A DNA stretch of 64,000 bases from the human T2T-CHM13v2.0 reference genome, Homo sapiens. The number at the start of each line of letters is the position of its first letter. Positions within the stretch are counted from its first letter, which is position 1. The notes under the pieces are model-generated. The model ran no database searches and had not been told where the DNA came from. It saw only the letters and a program-made list of their open reading frames with translations. Made by a program: the position numbers and the translations under genes. The stretch is from the NCBI RefSeq assembly GCF_009914755.1, contig NC_060932.1; one strand, written 5' to 3'. Of the stretch, positions 11,780 to 30,313 are shown in pieces.

Positions 11780-13500
11780 AATCAAAATAATGCATGCATA
11801 TACTTTTTAAAAATCCAAGGAGCACTAACAGGCTTATAATGTATCAAGTAACACTTTCCTTCGTCTTCTTCTCACCCAAATCTCACTGATACTCCTTTTT
11901 AAAGAGGATTCTTTTGGTATTCATATTGATGACTCTAAACATGCTTATTTTGCTCTCTTGTGATTCATCGGTTTTAGGCATTATTTACTGACTTCCGCTA
12001 TCTGTTGGTAGACGAGTATCTGCTCTTCTACCTGGCTACTTCCCCTCCCCTCTGAGTCACAATTTTTTTGTTAAATTCACATTCCATGTTTATGATATTA
12101 TGACTATGCAGATATTCTTGGCTGAATAAAATATGTATTATGACCCTGAGCCCTTCCTTGTACAGTTTTCTTTTTCTGGAGTTAATAATTGCTTCATTTC
12201 TATGTCCTCCAATATATCCCCTCTGATAATCTGTCAGTGGCATGTTTTTTTATTAAAGACCTCATCCCTGGAGCACTTTTTCTGTTAATTTCAATCTGGC
12301 ATAGTCGCTCTTTATATCTCTGTCCATGGCTATCATCCGAGACCTCCTGTCCTCCTCATTTTGGGACCTTCCTTTTCCTCTCTCCATTGTTGGATTTTGT
12401 CTTTCCCCTTCTTGGTTTACTTATTTGTTTTTCTGGATTGCATCCTGTAGTAACTCTTTGAGGAAAGGTTCCGTGGTAACTTTTGAGAGCCTAAATGTCT
12501 GAAAATATCTCTATTCCACCCTTCCACTTCCTTGACAGTTTGCACATAGAACTTGAAAGTGTTTTCCCATGGGAATAATGCATATGTAGTAGTCTGTTGT
12601 CCTCTGGGGTCCGTGTTTTTTTTTTTTGAGACGTTCACAACCACTTTTGACTTTCTGTCCCCTTCAACTGTGACCTGGTTTTTCTTTCTGGAAGGTTCTA
12701 AAATCTTCTCTTTATTTTTGTGTTGGCATGCCTTGGTAGGAATCGTCTTTCCGTTATTTGTGCTAGGTATTCATTGATTCCAGAAAGTTATGCTCTTTAC
12801 CTGGAAACTGTCTTGTGTCATTTAAGATAATATTTTCTTCTTACTCATTTTGTATATTCTTTGTGAAATTTCTAACAGATGTTGGTCTTTGGGAATTGAC
12901 CCTTTAGTTTTCTTCTTCTTTTTTTTTTGTCTATTGTCCTTCTCTTTGTTTCACAGACATGATATTTCATCTTCTCTGCAGGTATCAATGATCGCTTTGA
13001 TATTATTATTATTATTTTAGTTTTTCCTCTAATACTTGCACTGCCTCTTTTTCTGCCAGGTTTTGTTTTGTTTCGTTTCGTTCCTTTCCTTTCCTTTCCT
13101 TTTCTTTGTGTGTGTGTGTGTATATGTAGGTGTGTGTACTTCCTGTTAGAGAATTTCCCCAGTGGTTTCCTGGTCCTTGGCCGCTTGTTCCTATATAAAG
13201 GTGAGAAACTGAAAGTTGATTGGATGCTCTGTGTATGGCTAGGCATGTTGACGGGTGGACTTCACACTTAACTGCCTTTTTTGTTCTCTTTCTCTCTAAG
13301 ACTTTCAAATGCCTTTATCTGTAGAAATTTCTCTGTGGCAATTCAGATTCTCCAGGAAAAGATTTTCTGATTTCATACCGAGGCAGGACACACCTGCTGC
13401 TAGGGCTCTTTGTCTGCAGCAGGAGGGGCTGGGGTCACAGCACGTTTCATGTGTTCTGTTACCCCCAGCTCTCCACAGGTACCGGGTGTCCCTGAGGCCG
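11780..13500 (-). mobile_element. Ancient L1-related (HAL1/L1ME) fragments
   Basis: T-rich degenerate sequence including tttttctggagttaataattg and aaatgtctgaaaatatc. Confidence 0.55.
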
Positions 13501-13520
13501 GAACATCTCTCATTCAGTTT

Positions 13521-13900
<380 letters not shown>

Positions 13901-14179
13901 TAGGGATGGTGGTTATTTGTCCCATCTCTCAAATTTCCCTGTTTCTTAGCAGTCTACCTCTCCAGTCTGTCCCTAACTGGGACCAAGCTACCTATATCAC
14001 TTTATTTCTACAGTTCATTTTTCAGTCCCCCCCATTGTTGGGTATTTAGCTTGTTTGCTGCTTCTCCCAGTTTATTACTGAACTTTATGTTTAATTTGTC
14101 TTGTCTTTCTCTTTCCAAAGGAATATATCTGATAAGTGAAATTATTAGATCAAAGAATTAAAATATTTAAAATACTTGA

Positions 14180-14549
<370 letters not shown>

Positions 14550-14552
14550 CTA

Positions 14553-14820
14553 CCATCATCATCATCTCCATCACCATCCCATCATCATCATCATCATCAT
14601 TAGTTGAGTACTTACAGGGACCATGCTGAGCAGTTTTCGTTCTCATCTCATTTAATCCTCACAGGAATCATGCATAAAGTGTACAGTTATTCCTCAGATT
14701 GGCAGAGGAGAAAATGAAGGCTTAAAGAAGTTTAATGACCTGTCCAGAGCCCCAGGGTTAGTGGGTGCTTGGAGCTGGGACTTATATCCAGGCTCACCTA
14801 ATGGCATAGTAACGCTGATC
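14553..14820 (-). mobile_element. MIR preceded by a (CAT)n tract
   Basis: (cat)n at 14553-14600, then tctcatttaatcctcac...gaggagaaaatgaaggcttaaagaag. Confidence 0.7.
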
Positions 14821-16080
14821 ATATCAGCTCCCCACTGCCAGGGCTATGCTGACCCATGCCAACCAAGACTCACCTTCAGGGCCTTTGAGAGTGAGGAAGT
14901 GTGCTCTGAATCTTACCTTTTCTCCTGCTGTCAGCCCTGCGAGTTAAGAGAGAGCATTGCTTTTTGCTAGGGGTTTTTGCTGTTTAGGACACTCTGTTTT
15001 CTGTGAAGGAAAAAGGATGAGTTCGTGATCTCGCTTTCTTCATGCTGGTCCACTCTGCACTGTTATTAGATAGAACAATGCTCTCCCCAAGGTCCTGGCA
15101 TATGATTAATGCTTTGGTTTGCTTTCTAGGGTGGCTATGGATTTGTCTTTCTTTGAATAATTCCAGTATTATTTCAAACGGGATCTGAGAGGCAGACCAT
15201 ACTCTTGAGGGCCATGCCTTATTACTTATGAATTGTTTCCAAACCCTGTCTTTAAAATAAATGGAAATATAATTCAGTGGGTCATATTATGTTCACTTCT
15301 AGGCTGGGGGGATATGAGAGCTCTCCTAGGAGTCAGGTGGCCTGAACCGGCCCCTGACTCAGATGGTCCTTTATTTTCTGAGCCGTTGAGTAAAAGCGTG
15401 TGATATGCCCCGTCTCTAGCTGTTTCACAGGAGTTCCATGAGAATAAGTAAGAAGATCTCTAAATTCATTCTTTTACCCTCTAATCTGATAGGATGAAGA
15501 CCAGGAATCATAATTATTGCCACATTAACACACTTAGTTAGAGCACATTAGAAATCCTTTCTTCCTTTCTAATCTCCCTTTCTTCCATCTGTTCCTCGCC
15601 TCCATCAGGGGCTCCTGGCAGCCCTGGGCTGTGTGTCCTCATCTTCCGCAAGCACCAAGCCCATGGCAGCTCAATGAGACCTTCATAGAGGCTGTCGGTC
15701 CTCAGCATTTCCCTGCCTGCAAGCAGATTCCCATCATCCAGTGAGGACAAAGTATGTGAAATTTGCCAAAAGTGTCTTGCACGCTTGGTGCCCTTGGCAG
15801 CTACGTCGCCAGCAGATGACACCCCAAGTAATGCCCTTCCTAAAGGGCTTCTCACCCTACCTGGAGTACTGCTTGCCCAGGTGCCCATGAAGTGCTTCCA
15901 TGGAAAGTCCTGGAACCGAGGAGCTAATTAATCCATCCTTGCTTGAGCCCAGTGGCTTACCTAGGAGCCAAGTTTTGGAATATGTATTCAGGGTCTCAGT
16001 CCCATAAATAAAGTACATGTGCTGGAATGTTTTATGATTGGGACTATTGATATGTGAAGGTTTTTAAAAAAAATTTTTGA

Positions 16081-16529
<449 letters not shown>

Positions 16530-16809
16530 GTGATTTTTAATACCACCAACAATGGGCATAAAAAATGAAATAAGAGCGAGTGATAAGAATGGTTTGCTAT
16601 TATTGTCAAGAGAGGTAACTTACTTTTGTAACAAATGTGTTGATTACACATTTACTTGTTAAGATGGATTTGGGCCCTTTTGGGTAGATGATTATTTTGT
16701 TTTATTAAAATCTCTCTGAGATTAAATTTCTGTTAAACAGCGAGACCCTGTACTTTATGGATGAAGCATTGAATTCATGACCTGTCAAAACTGAGGCTCA
16801 TCATAACAG

Positions 16810-16950
16810 ACAGTTTCCCTGACCATGCTTTGTACTATTTTGTACAGCACTTATCACCTCCAATTTCTCTGTTTTATTTACTGCTGTATCTCCAACATGG
16901 AGAACAAGGCTAAATTGCACTCAGTTAATATTTGTTGAATGAATGAATGA
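16810..16950 (+). mobile_element. L2 3' end
   Basis: cactcagttaatatttgttgaatgaatgaatg tail. Confidence 0.65.
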
Positions 16951-17328
<378 letters not shown>

Positions 17329-17794
17329 TAATCATCTTTGTCATTTCTGTGTGTAAACAAATATCTCCTTTTCACTATGTGGCATATATTATGGACATTC
17401 TTATATCCATGAGAAAAAGTGCAAGGAAGTGTGTCACTCTGAATCTTACTAACTTGTTGTTGGAAAAGGTACAAATGAAGTAAGAACGCTTCAACTAGGG
17501 GAGAGAAACTTTCATTTAAAATAGTTATGGTTGAGGGAAGATGGACTGCAAATTGTAGAGGCTGGCCTGAGGCTCTTCTCTGCATTGAAAGACATGGCAT
17601 CATATTTTCTTCCTATAACACATTAGATATAAAAACAGCCAGAAAGGCAACCCCCATGTGTTTTATAACAAATCAAATAATACAGAAATGTATAAAGAAA
17701 AAGTTACTGTGTTCATTGGCCCCACCTCTGCTCTGGGCCACCCTGGCACCCTTCTCAGGAGACTGATGTGAAGAAAGTCATCTGCCCTACAGCT

Positions 17795-18990
<1,196 letters not shown>

Positions 18991-19167
18991 CTGAAGTCAT
19001 TTAGCAGGTAAAATAAAACAAGAAAAATTGAATCTGTTTATTAGTTAAAATGAAACAAACATAGAAATAAATTAAGAAAAAAGTAAAATAAAATTTAAAA
19101 AGAGGGTAGTATGTATCCTCCACACTAGTCTTAATGCTTATATGTGCCAAATGTGTGTATAGGCTGC

Positions 19168-19460
19168 TTTTTTTTTTTTTTTTTTTTTTGGACAGAGTCT
19201 CACTCTGTCACCCAGGCTGGAGTGCAGGTGGCATGATCTTGGCTCACTGCAACCTCCATCTCCCAGGTTCAAGTGGTTTTCTTGCCTCAGCCTCCTGAGT
19301 AGCTGGGATTACAGGCTCGTGCCACCATGCCTAGCTAATTTTTTCTATTTTTATTAGAGACGGGGTTTCGCCATGTTGGCCAGGCTGGTCTCAAACTCCT
19401 GACCTCAGGTGATCTGCCCGTCTAGGCCTGGGATTACAGGCGCAAGCCACCATGCCTGAC
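19168..19460 (-). mobile_element. AluS
   Basis: Antisense Alu with long poly-T. Confidence 0.93.
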
Positions 19461-19469
19461 GTTACCCAT

Positions 19470-19793
19470 GTTTTATTTTTTTATTTTTTTAATTTTAAGT
19501 TTTTTTTTTTTCGAGAGAGAGTCTCGCTGTGTTCCCCAGATTGGAGTGCAGTGGCGTGATCTCAGCTCCCTGCAAGCTCCGCCTCCTGGGTTCACGCCAC
19601 TCTCCTGCCTCAGCCTCCTGAGTAGCTGGGACTACAGGCGCCCGCCACCACGCCCGGCTAATTTTTTGTATTTTTAGTAGAAACGGGGTTTCACCGTGTT
19701 AGCCAAGATGGTCTCGATCTCCTGACTTCGTGATCCACCCGTCTTGGCCTCCCAAAGTGCTGGGATTACAGGCGTGAGCCACCGCACCCGGCT
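19470..19793 (-). mobile_element. AluY
   Basis: caagctccgcc, ttcacgcca, accgtgttagcc diagnostics; many CpGs retained. Confidence 0.93.
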
Positions 19794-20764
19794 CCTCCAT
19801 GTTTTAAATCCATACCATGGACATCTTTCCAGGTCAGCAAATATAGATCTGACTCACTTTCCTTTAAAAGGTGACTAATTATCTGTGGGATGTGTGTACC
19901 ATGATTTATTTCACGTTTCCTTTTTCTGAACCTTCAGGTTATTTCCAGTTTTGTTGCCACTACAGTGTTGCAATAAACAGCCTTATTCATATTACCATTT
20001 TATTGTGGTTGTTCTGACTTCTGCCGAATTTCAAAAAGTGTTGCTAGGTCAAGAGTAGTGCCAGATTGTTTTTCAAAAAGTCCAGAGCAGCTCACGTTCA
20101 CACCACATCTGGTGAGAAGCCTGACTGCCGACCTCCCATGAGGGCCAGGTACTGTAATCTGCAGGTAGAAAATGGCTTGCTGTGATCTTTCAAACATATA
20201 GTTAGGAAGTTGAGTAGCTTTTATAAATTTATTACTTGCATTTTTTTTGGATGTGATAAAAGATAGGGAGTCTAATTTTGTTTTTTTTTCAAGCAAATAG
20301 CCAATTATACCCATGCTGTTTATTAAATCATTTGTCCTGCTAAATTAAAATACATAATTATATGCATTTTGGATATTTTCTTATTTGATTCCATTGATTT
20401 ATTTTTTTATTTCTGTGTCAGTGCTAGATTGCTTTGGGTATGTAAACCTTATAGAAAGTTCCAATGTCTTGAAAGCAAAATCCCTTGCCATTTTTCCCTT
20501 CTCAAAATGTTGTGAACTCTCAGATACTTTTTCCTTCTTATGACGTTTTAAACCATTTGTTCAGTTATTTAAAAAAGTCCAAGTGAGGTTCTAATCCTAT
20601 TTAAATCTACCACATATAATCTGGTGTGTGTATGTATTTGTATGTCTCATTGTGTTTTATGAATAAAGATATATCCTCATCTTTGTCAAGCAAACTACAA
20701 AGTATTAGATAATACTTTCTCTAGTTTTCTAAGCATCCATTAATAATTTATAGTATGGACATGA

Positions 20765-21085
<321 letters not shown>

Positions 21086-21227
21086 ATTTTCTGTGTTTTT
21101 GAAACACACATTTACTTATTTAATGAAAATAGAACATCATATACTAAGATATTTCAGCATAGTTTTGTTCCACTTAGAAAAAGTTATGGCAATTTTATCA
21201 GTAACTGTCTAACTTAATACCCATACA

Positions 21228-21600
21228 TGATGCAGGATAGGTGTGTCCCCAAATTGGGGCTTAACCTGGGAGGGTTCTTGGCTTCACTTAGGATGGAGTT
21301 CAAGGGTGAGCCAGTGGTGTTAAACAGTGACTTTGATTGAAGTGGCAGTGTACAGCAGTGGCAGAGGGGCTGTTCCTTGTGGCTACCCCATAGGCAGTGT
21401 GCCCACAATGGCAGCTCTGGTTCTACAGTCATATTTATACCACTTTGAGTTACAGACAGATTAAGGGGCAGAGTATGCAGTAATTTCTAGAAAAAGGATT
21501 GTAGCTTCTGTGTCTTTGGGTTGTTGCCATGGGAAGGGCAGTAACTTCCATGCGTTGCCGTGGCAGTGGTAACCTGACATAAATATGCTGAGGCAAGTCT
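21228..21600 (-). mobile_element. ERV1 solo LTR (MER66-like)
   Basis: tgatgcagg...ccccaaattggggcttaacctgggagggttcttggcttcac is the reverse complement of a MER66-type LTR 3' end. Confidence 0.7.
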
Positions 21601-21833
21601 CCCTTTAATTTTTCATTTTCAAGCTATTTTAAACTATTTTTAAACCTTTTTTCACATGTTTATTCTTCCAGATATATTTTATTACCATTTTTGTGTCATT
21701 TTCTAAAAACCTTTTTTATTTCATTTGGAATTTAATTTAGTCTATGTTTTATTTAGAGAATTGAACTCTTCGTAAGATTACTTTTTTTCCTACAGGAACA
21801 TGATGTGTATCTATTTTCTTGGTTCTTCTTTCA

Positions 21834-22401
<568 letters not shown>

Positions 22402-22959
22402 GTGCAGTTCCGGTGAATTTAAGTTTTCATTTCTTTTAAAATTAAGTCATAGAAATACTGATTTACCTTTCTTCAGACTGGAAGAAGAAATGAGATTGAA
22501 AAGAATTTTTCGTTTCTTTGCTTTGAATTGATTGCGACTAATTGTATCTCAAAAAGAAAATTTTATTTGGTTGCTTACATATATATATGAAGAAGGAAAA
22601 TATATCAGAGGGTCATTCTAACCCTCTGATATATTCATATTTAATAATTCATAGACCTGAATGTTTCATTTGTTTATTTGATTGATTATCATTCCTTCAT
22701 TGCATAAAAGGTAATTGGTCATTTGTTTTTATTCCTCCACTGTTTTTATTGTTCACTGTAAAAGTATAATTTAATACAGGGTAAAATTTATTATAAAGAT
22801 CACTAATGTGGCCCTTGAAAAAAATGGTTCCAGCTTGCTCATCCTAGACTGCTTTTAATTCTCTATGATTTTAAGCAAGCTACTTTATTCAGGTCATAGT
22901 TTTCTCGTAAGTGAAAACTGCAATTGGATCTAGAATTACCTTCAATAAGAATCAGCAAG

Positions 22960-23320
22960 TATAGAGCCAGGGTTGGACATAAACAGTCTGAGTCCAGAGC
23001 TGGTGTGATTAAATATTATGTAATACTGCAGACCTCTTAATCTCTCAGAGATTATGTTTCTTTATCTGTAAAACGAGGACTATGAGCTCTTTCTTCTCTG
23101 CTGGTTTGCATGAGGCTCACATATAGTAATGCAGGAGTTTTGCAATGTCATCTCTGAACCAGGAGCACCAGTGGTATCTGAGAATGTGCTACAAACACAC
23201 ATTCTTGGGCTGTATTCCCAACCTACTGAATCAGAAACTAGGTTTGGGACCTTGCAACCTGGGTTGGAGGAAGCCTCTCACGTAATTCCGATGTGTGCTA
23301 AACGTCGCGAACCACTGGAA
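22960..23320. mobile_element. MIR followed by MER5A fragment
   Basis: tttctttatctgtaaaacgagg (MIR); acctactgaatcagaaact...gaaccactgg (MER5A). Confidence 0.65.
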
Positions 23321-23447
23321 TAATACCTATATGTAGGTTTGTGTTAACGTGCCATCAATTATGTAAACAGGTTTCCTTTTGTCATTATGATCCTCTCCTG
23401 CATACATATATAAATATCTGTCTAACTGGTTTTTGTTGTTTTAATTA

Positions 23448-23786
<339 letters not shown>

Positions 23787-25175
23787 TTACACCATTTGCG
23801 AAGAGTATGAAGAAGAACAGTAGCAAAAGTACCTACATATCCCTGTCAAATGAATTGCAAACAACATGATTCTCAGTATATTAATCCTATACTCATGCTC
23901 TTCCCTAATTGTCTGACACCTTGGCCCCACCCTGGATGTAAACATACCCTCGGGTTAGTGTGTTTCATTTCCTCCTTTTTTTTCTGTAGTTTTATCATCC
24001 ATACACATATGTATATGCAAATTCATTTCACTTAGTTTTGTAAGACTTGGTATTATATCTAAAGGCATCATCCTGTGTATATTTTTTCTATAATTTTTCA
24101 ATTCTCTCTACATTCTGTTAGTGTCATGCATGCACTCATTTTCCCTGCCATATAGAATTCTATATCTGAATATGCCATAATTTATTTCTCCGTTTTCCTT
24201 TCCATGGACATTAGGGGTGAATCTCTTTTCAAAGGGCTATCACACACAGTGCTTCCGTGAACTTTCTTGGACATATTTCCTGGTACACTTGTGCAAGTGT
24301 TTCTCTGGGGCATAGTCTTCAGATTACTACACTTGCACTTCGTGGGAAGAAATGCACTTTTTATCATAACCAAGCAATTTCATATTGTTTGTTGTAGTAT
24401 AGAGAAATACAATGGATTCTTATACATTGACCAAAAAATTAGGCCCTGAAACCTCCCTAAAAACTCACATATTAGTTGTAGTAACTTTGTTTTTGCAAAT
24501 GCCTTAAGATTTTCTATATAGATAATCATGGTATTTGCTCATAAACACAATTTTATATTATCCTTTGTAATTAATATGCCTTTTATTTCTTTTTCTTGCC
24601 TTATTGCATTAGCTAGACCCACCCTTAAAATGTGAAATAGAGCGATTCAAGCAGATATCTTTGCCTTGTACCTGGTATTAGAGGAGCACATTTAATATTT
24701 AACAGTTCATTATGGTGTTTTCTAGATGTGTATGATGGATTTTTTTTCTACTTTGCTGACAGGTTTTTATTATGAATAGAGATCAGATTTTACCAAATGT
24801 CTTTTCTATATCTATTAAGATGATCATATTTTTTTCCTTTTTTCATCATAATATGTTGGGTGATGTTGATATTGGAATGTTCCTCGGGTTATTTAGAGGT
24901 GTGTGTTTAGTTTTCAAATATTTTGAGAGTTCCTAAGTACCTTTCTGATACTAATTGGTAATTCAATTCTATTGTATTCAAAGAAAATGCTTTGTATGAT
25001 TTGCATCCTTTTAAATTAATTAGGACTTGTTCTGTTGCCTGATCTATGTCATTTCTGGGTCTTTTTCTAAAAGTCTCTTTTCTCCTAACTATGAGTAATA
25101 TTTTTCTTCTTCTTTGGCTACTTGGTAATCTTGAACCAGATGTCAGTCATGAATTTAATCCTCTTGGGAGGATTC

Positions 25176-25225
25176 TGCAATGCAGAATGCAATGCAATGC
25201 AATGCAGATGCAATGCAATGCAGAA
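25176..25225. repeat. (TGCAA)n pentanucleotide repeat, interrupted
   Basis: tgcaatgcagaatgcaatgcaatgcaatgcagatgcaatgcaatgcagaa. Confidence 0.9.
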
Positions 25226-25325
25226 CAAGGCTGAGCTAGTTATTGGAAAACGTATTCAAGGTTTGCATTTAAGCTTTGTTATGCAGGACCAACACAGCCT
25301 TTATTCTGGGGCCAGTTTGGCTACA

Positions 25326-25712
25326 TGTCTAAGTCTATTTGGGATACTATAACAAAGTCTCATAGACTGGGTGGCTAGTAAACAACAGAAATAGATTTCT
25401 CACAGTTTTGGCAGCTCAAAGTCCAAGGTCAAGGTTCCAGCATTGTCAGGTTCTGGTGAGGGCAGTCAGGTTCTGGTGAGGGCAACCTTCTGGGTTGCAG
25501 ACTGCCAACTTATCACTGTGTCCTTGCATGGTACAAAAAGGGCAAGTGAGCTCTCTGGGGCCTTTTATAAGAGCACGAATCCCATTCATGAGAGCTCCAC
25601 CCTCATGACTTAATTACCTCCCAAAAGCCCACCTCCTAATACCTAATACTATGGGCGTAGATTTCAACATAAACATTTAGGGGTACAGGAGACAAACATT
25701 CAGTCTGTAACA
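25326..25712 (-). mobile_element. MLT1A-type solo LTR
   Basis: tgtctaagtc...aacattcagtctgtaaca; TSD ctaca/ctgca. Confidence 0.85.
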
Positions 25713-26679
25713 CTGCACTACCGAGTACTTAGTACCCTTCTGAGCTCTCAGCCCAGTACCCTCATATTCCAAGCTTTCTCTACTCTGGTTGTGGGATCTG
25801 TAAGCTGTTCTCATCCATGTGCGTGGGTTGGGAACAATGCCTCTTGCTCTTTTCCAGTGATTTTTTTCTTAGCCTCGGGTATTTTCACACACATGCACTG
25901 ACCAGTACTCAGCTAAAGACTTGGGGAACCTTCTACACATCTCTAGCACTCTCTCTGAGCAGCCCTCTTCTCTCTGGTTCTCTGCCCTGCACATTCTAGC
26001 CACCTTGACCCCCCTGAATTCTCCACTCTCCTGGTCTCAGAGTGACCACTGGCTGCCTGCACAATAGCCTGGAAACCCTGTTCAAGCAGTAAGTGCAGGC
26101 AGGTGTAGACTTCACTTATCTGTTTCTCTCCTCTCAGGTATCACTCCCTGCATTGCCTGCTGTTCAGTGTCTGAAAACCAACGTGTCATGTACATTTTGC
26201 CTAGTTTTTAATGCTTAAAGCAGGATAATTCATCTGGTCCCTGATGGGTTGCTTCCCTAGTCCACCTGGGCAACAAGTAGAATTGATATATGTATTTTTT
26301 AGGTAGAAAACAAATCCCAAATTCAAACTGATATTTCCAACCCACGTCATCCCAGAATCAGTTAACCTTTTTGATTGTGTACTTGTCTTTGATGCTGAAA
26401 GATCTTGGTTCCAAAGACATGACCAATAGTTGCTCGTTGTTTCTTCTCATTTTATTCTTAACCAGAAGAGTTAGGTAAAACACCAGCTCACTTTACTGAT
26501 GAGGGAACAGAAGCCTGCAAAGATTGAATCACTTGCCCTAGAGTCCAGGATGGTAGTTTTTTGGCCACATTATGGAAAATATCTTCAATGGCACAGCTGT
26601 AATTTTGTTCGCCTTGGTCTATCACTTTTCTTTCTTTTTTAAAATTCTAGATATTTTTTAGTGCTTCACTTTTTAAAAA

Positions 26680-26785
26680 ATTTTGTTTTATTTTTAATTT
26701 TTATAAGTACATAGTAGGTGTATATATTTATGGGGTACACGAGATGTTTTGATGCAGACATGCAATGTGAAATAATCACATCAGG
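26680..26785 (-). mobile_element. L1MA/PB 3' terminal fragment
   Basis: tacatagtaggtgtatatatttatggggtacacgagatgttttgat. Confidence 0.75.
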
Positions 26786-28142
26786 TCTGTCACTTTGAAC
26801 TTCACACACACACCTATGTACACATGTCCTATCCTTCTGTTTCCTCACTGCAATTTCAGTAGGGTGTGATTCTGGAGTATATAAATACCCAGGAAGTTGA
26901 GATTCAGTTCTAAAATCCTCCTGAGTAGGATCCAGAGGTTAAAGGAGTCAGGCCAGAGCTTGTCCTCAGACTGGCCCAGGGCCGGAAGCTGCTGTTGTAC
27001 TTGCATTTTTTAGGTTGTTATTGTCAAAGTAATGACTTGTGTAGCCTGGTTGGGGATCATTGCTTTTCTCAGTGAAATGTGTTTGTCTCATTCATGTACA
27101 TATAGAGAGGATAATCGGTGACATCCTCAACTATCATTTAAAAGTGCTTTTTCTAGATTCCACAGTAACCTCTGGCATTTATCTTCAGATTCTCTATTCC
27201 TTAGTGATGATTTCTGTCTATAACAGAGTCTTAGCTCAACAGAGTCTTAGATGTGACCGTCTTAATCTTAGATCTGTTCACCTTTTGTTTCATAAGGATG
27301 TGTACCAAGAAGAACCTGATAAGGAGACTTTATTTGCTTTGGAAAAGATGTTCTGGGCTGGGTAGTGAGCTGTTTTCCTTCATTATTAAAGACTGCAATA
27401 GTTGCTATCAGATTTTTTTCTGTTTTACTTTTTCCTATTTTGTTTAATAAGGAAGATATTCATTGAGAAAAATGGAGGCTAATAGAACTATAGGCATGAA
27501 TAACATTAGCATGTGTACCTTTGATATTATATACAGCCTGAGGGTCCTGTGGTGAGTACATGGCTGAGGCCATCTTTAGTATTCTGGATAATACCCTGGT
27601 TTCTCAATGAATTGTTGCAGAAATGCTTGGAAGGGGCAGCAAGAAATGGTGAATGTATTAAAATACTCCCCGCACCTGGTGCTGTTTCTTAAAGGAGCTC
27701 TGTATTTAGCGGCCTGCAATAAAATGGCTTTGCTCTAATCAAAGACATCTGCATTTCATTGTCCATCAACCATTGCCTTGGAAGGACCATTGAGGCTGAT
27801 TTGTTCTTGACCTCTCCAGTCCTTCCTGATTCACTGTTTTCATTGACCGACTCCCACTGGTTTATTGATGAGGGGGTAGTGTCCATCTTTGAGGATGTAG
27901 GTGTCACCATGCCCTGAATGGGAAGCTGGACACGGCGAGAAAGGGGAAGGAGTGGAGGGGAGGAGACTGCTCTTTACTCACTGTCTGCCAGGTGTTAGTC
28001 ATCATTCTGGCCCTGCACAAATTCTCCTTTTTGGGCCTCACAAAACCATAGGAAGAATGTACTGTTGCCTCCCTTTTTCAGAGGAGGAAGCTGTGGGAAA
28101 AAACTCCTATGATTATACACCATAGACTTTTTGTTCTGTAAT

Positions 28143-28474
28143 TTTGTTTTTGTTTGTTTGTTTGTTTGAGACAGGATCTTGCTCTGTCGCCTACGTAGTG
28201 CAGTGGTACAATCTCAGCTCACTGTAGCCTCGACTGCTACAATCTCAGCTCACTGAAGCCTCAACCTCCTGGGCTCAAGCGATCCTCCCACCTCACCCTC
28301 TCGGGTAGCTAGGACCATAGGCACACACCATTATGCCTGGCTAATTTTTATAATTTTTTGAGACAGGGTCTCCCTATGTTGCCCAGGCTGGTCTCAAACT
28401 CCTGAGGTCAAGCAATCCTCCCACTCAGCCTCCCGAAATGCTGGGATTACAGGCGTGAGCCACTATGCTGGGCC
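28143..28474 (-). mobile_element. AluJ with internal duplication
   Basis: TSD tttgttctgtaattt; tacaatctcagctcactg occurs twice. Confidence 0.92.
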
Positions 28475-28700
28475 TTTGTTCTGTAATTTCGAATTGCCTT
28501 GTTTCTGCTTTCCTGCTGTAAGCATTTCATATAAATTTAATGTCATATTCATGTAAATGATGTGGCTTCTAAGTCATCACTTGCTGCCAGTGAGGCAATC
28601 AAGAAACAATATTTGAGTTTATATCTGAGAAATACCCCTCCAGTTCAAGATATTTATCTATTCCCTTCACAAATATATGTAATCTTTAAGATAGAGATTT

Positions 28701-29018
<318 letters not shown>

Positions 29019-29474
29019 TAGAGATTTCTAAATAGTAATCAATGCATTGATTATGAAATCCTCTCTTCTCCTAAACTATCTAGAAAATGAAGTTAAGAAT
29101 CCTGTAAGAGCCTGCTCTTATGGAGTACTGTTGGTGAGAAGTAGAGCTGATGTCCTAACCTGATAGCCTCCGTCCTGGATGGGTCTGAGCAGAGAGGTGG
29201 CGTGATGGTCATCTCATTGTAGAAAGACTGATTTGGAACCTACTTGTAATTATCATCCTAAAACCACAGATTTGACTTCTTGGTGTTATACCTATTATTG
29301 AATATGATTTTCTTGTCCTTATAGTACAGTGTAATTACAGAGCATAAGAAAATGAAATCTGTTTGGCCCTCTTGGATATCATTGCAGGAAAGCCAAGATG
29401 AAGATCAAAGATGAGTTGTGCCTCTTTAGTTTTTATAGAATGCATATCTGAAACTAGGCAGATCAAGATCATAA

Positions 29475-29815
<341 letters not shown>

Positions 29816-29985
29816 ATAGTCATCTTTGGAATATTATGAATGATATATGTCTCCAATGGGTATCTCATTCTGTGTTTGCTGGATCTTTCTTTTGTAGATT
29901 CTATCAGGTGACTAATAAAAAATATAATGTAGCTATTCTTCAGGGGATTGTAATTTGAGGATTCATGTAATAATCTCATTCATTA

Positions 29986-30313
<328 letters not shown>

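Larger units (their letters stand above)
23790..26240 (-). mobile_element. Fragmented old L1M (L1MC/ME), interrupted by MLT1A
   Basis: Antisense L1 motifs (ttttcttgccttattgcattagctagac, gatgatcatatttttt). Confidence 0.65.
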
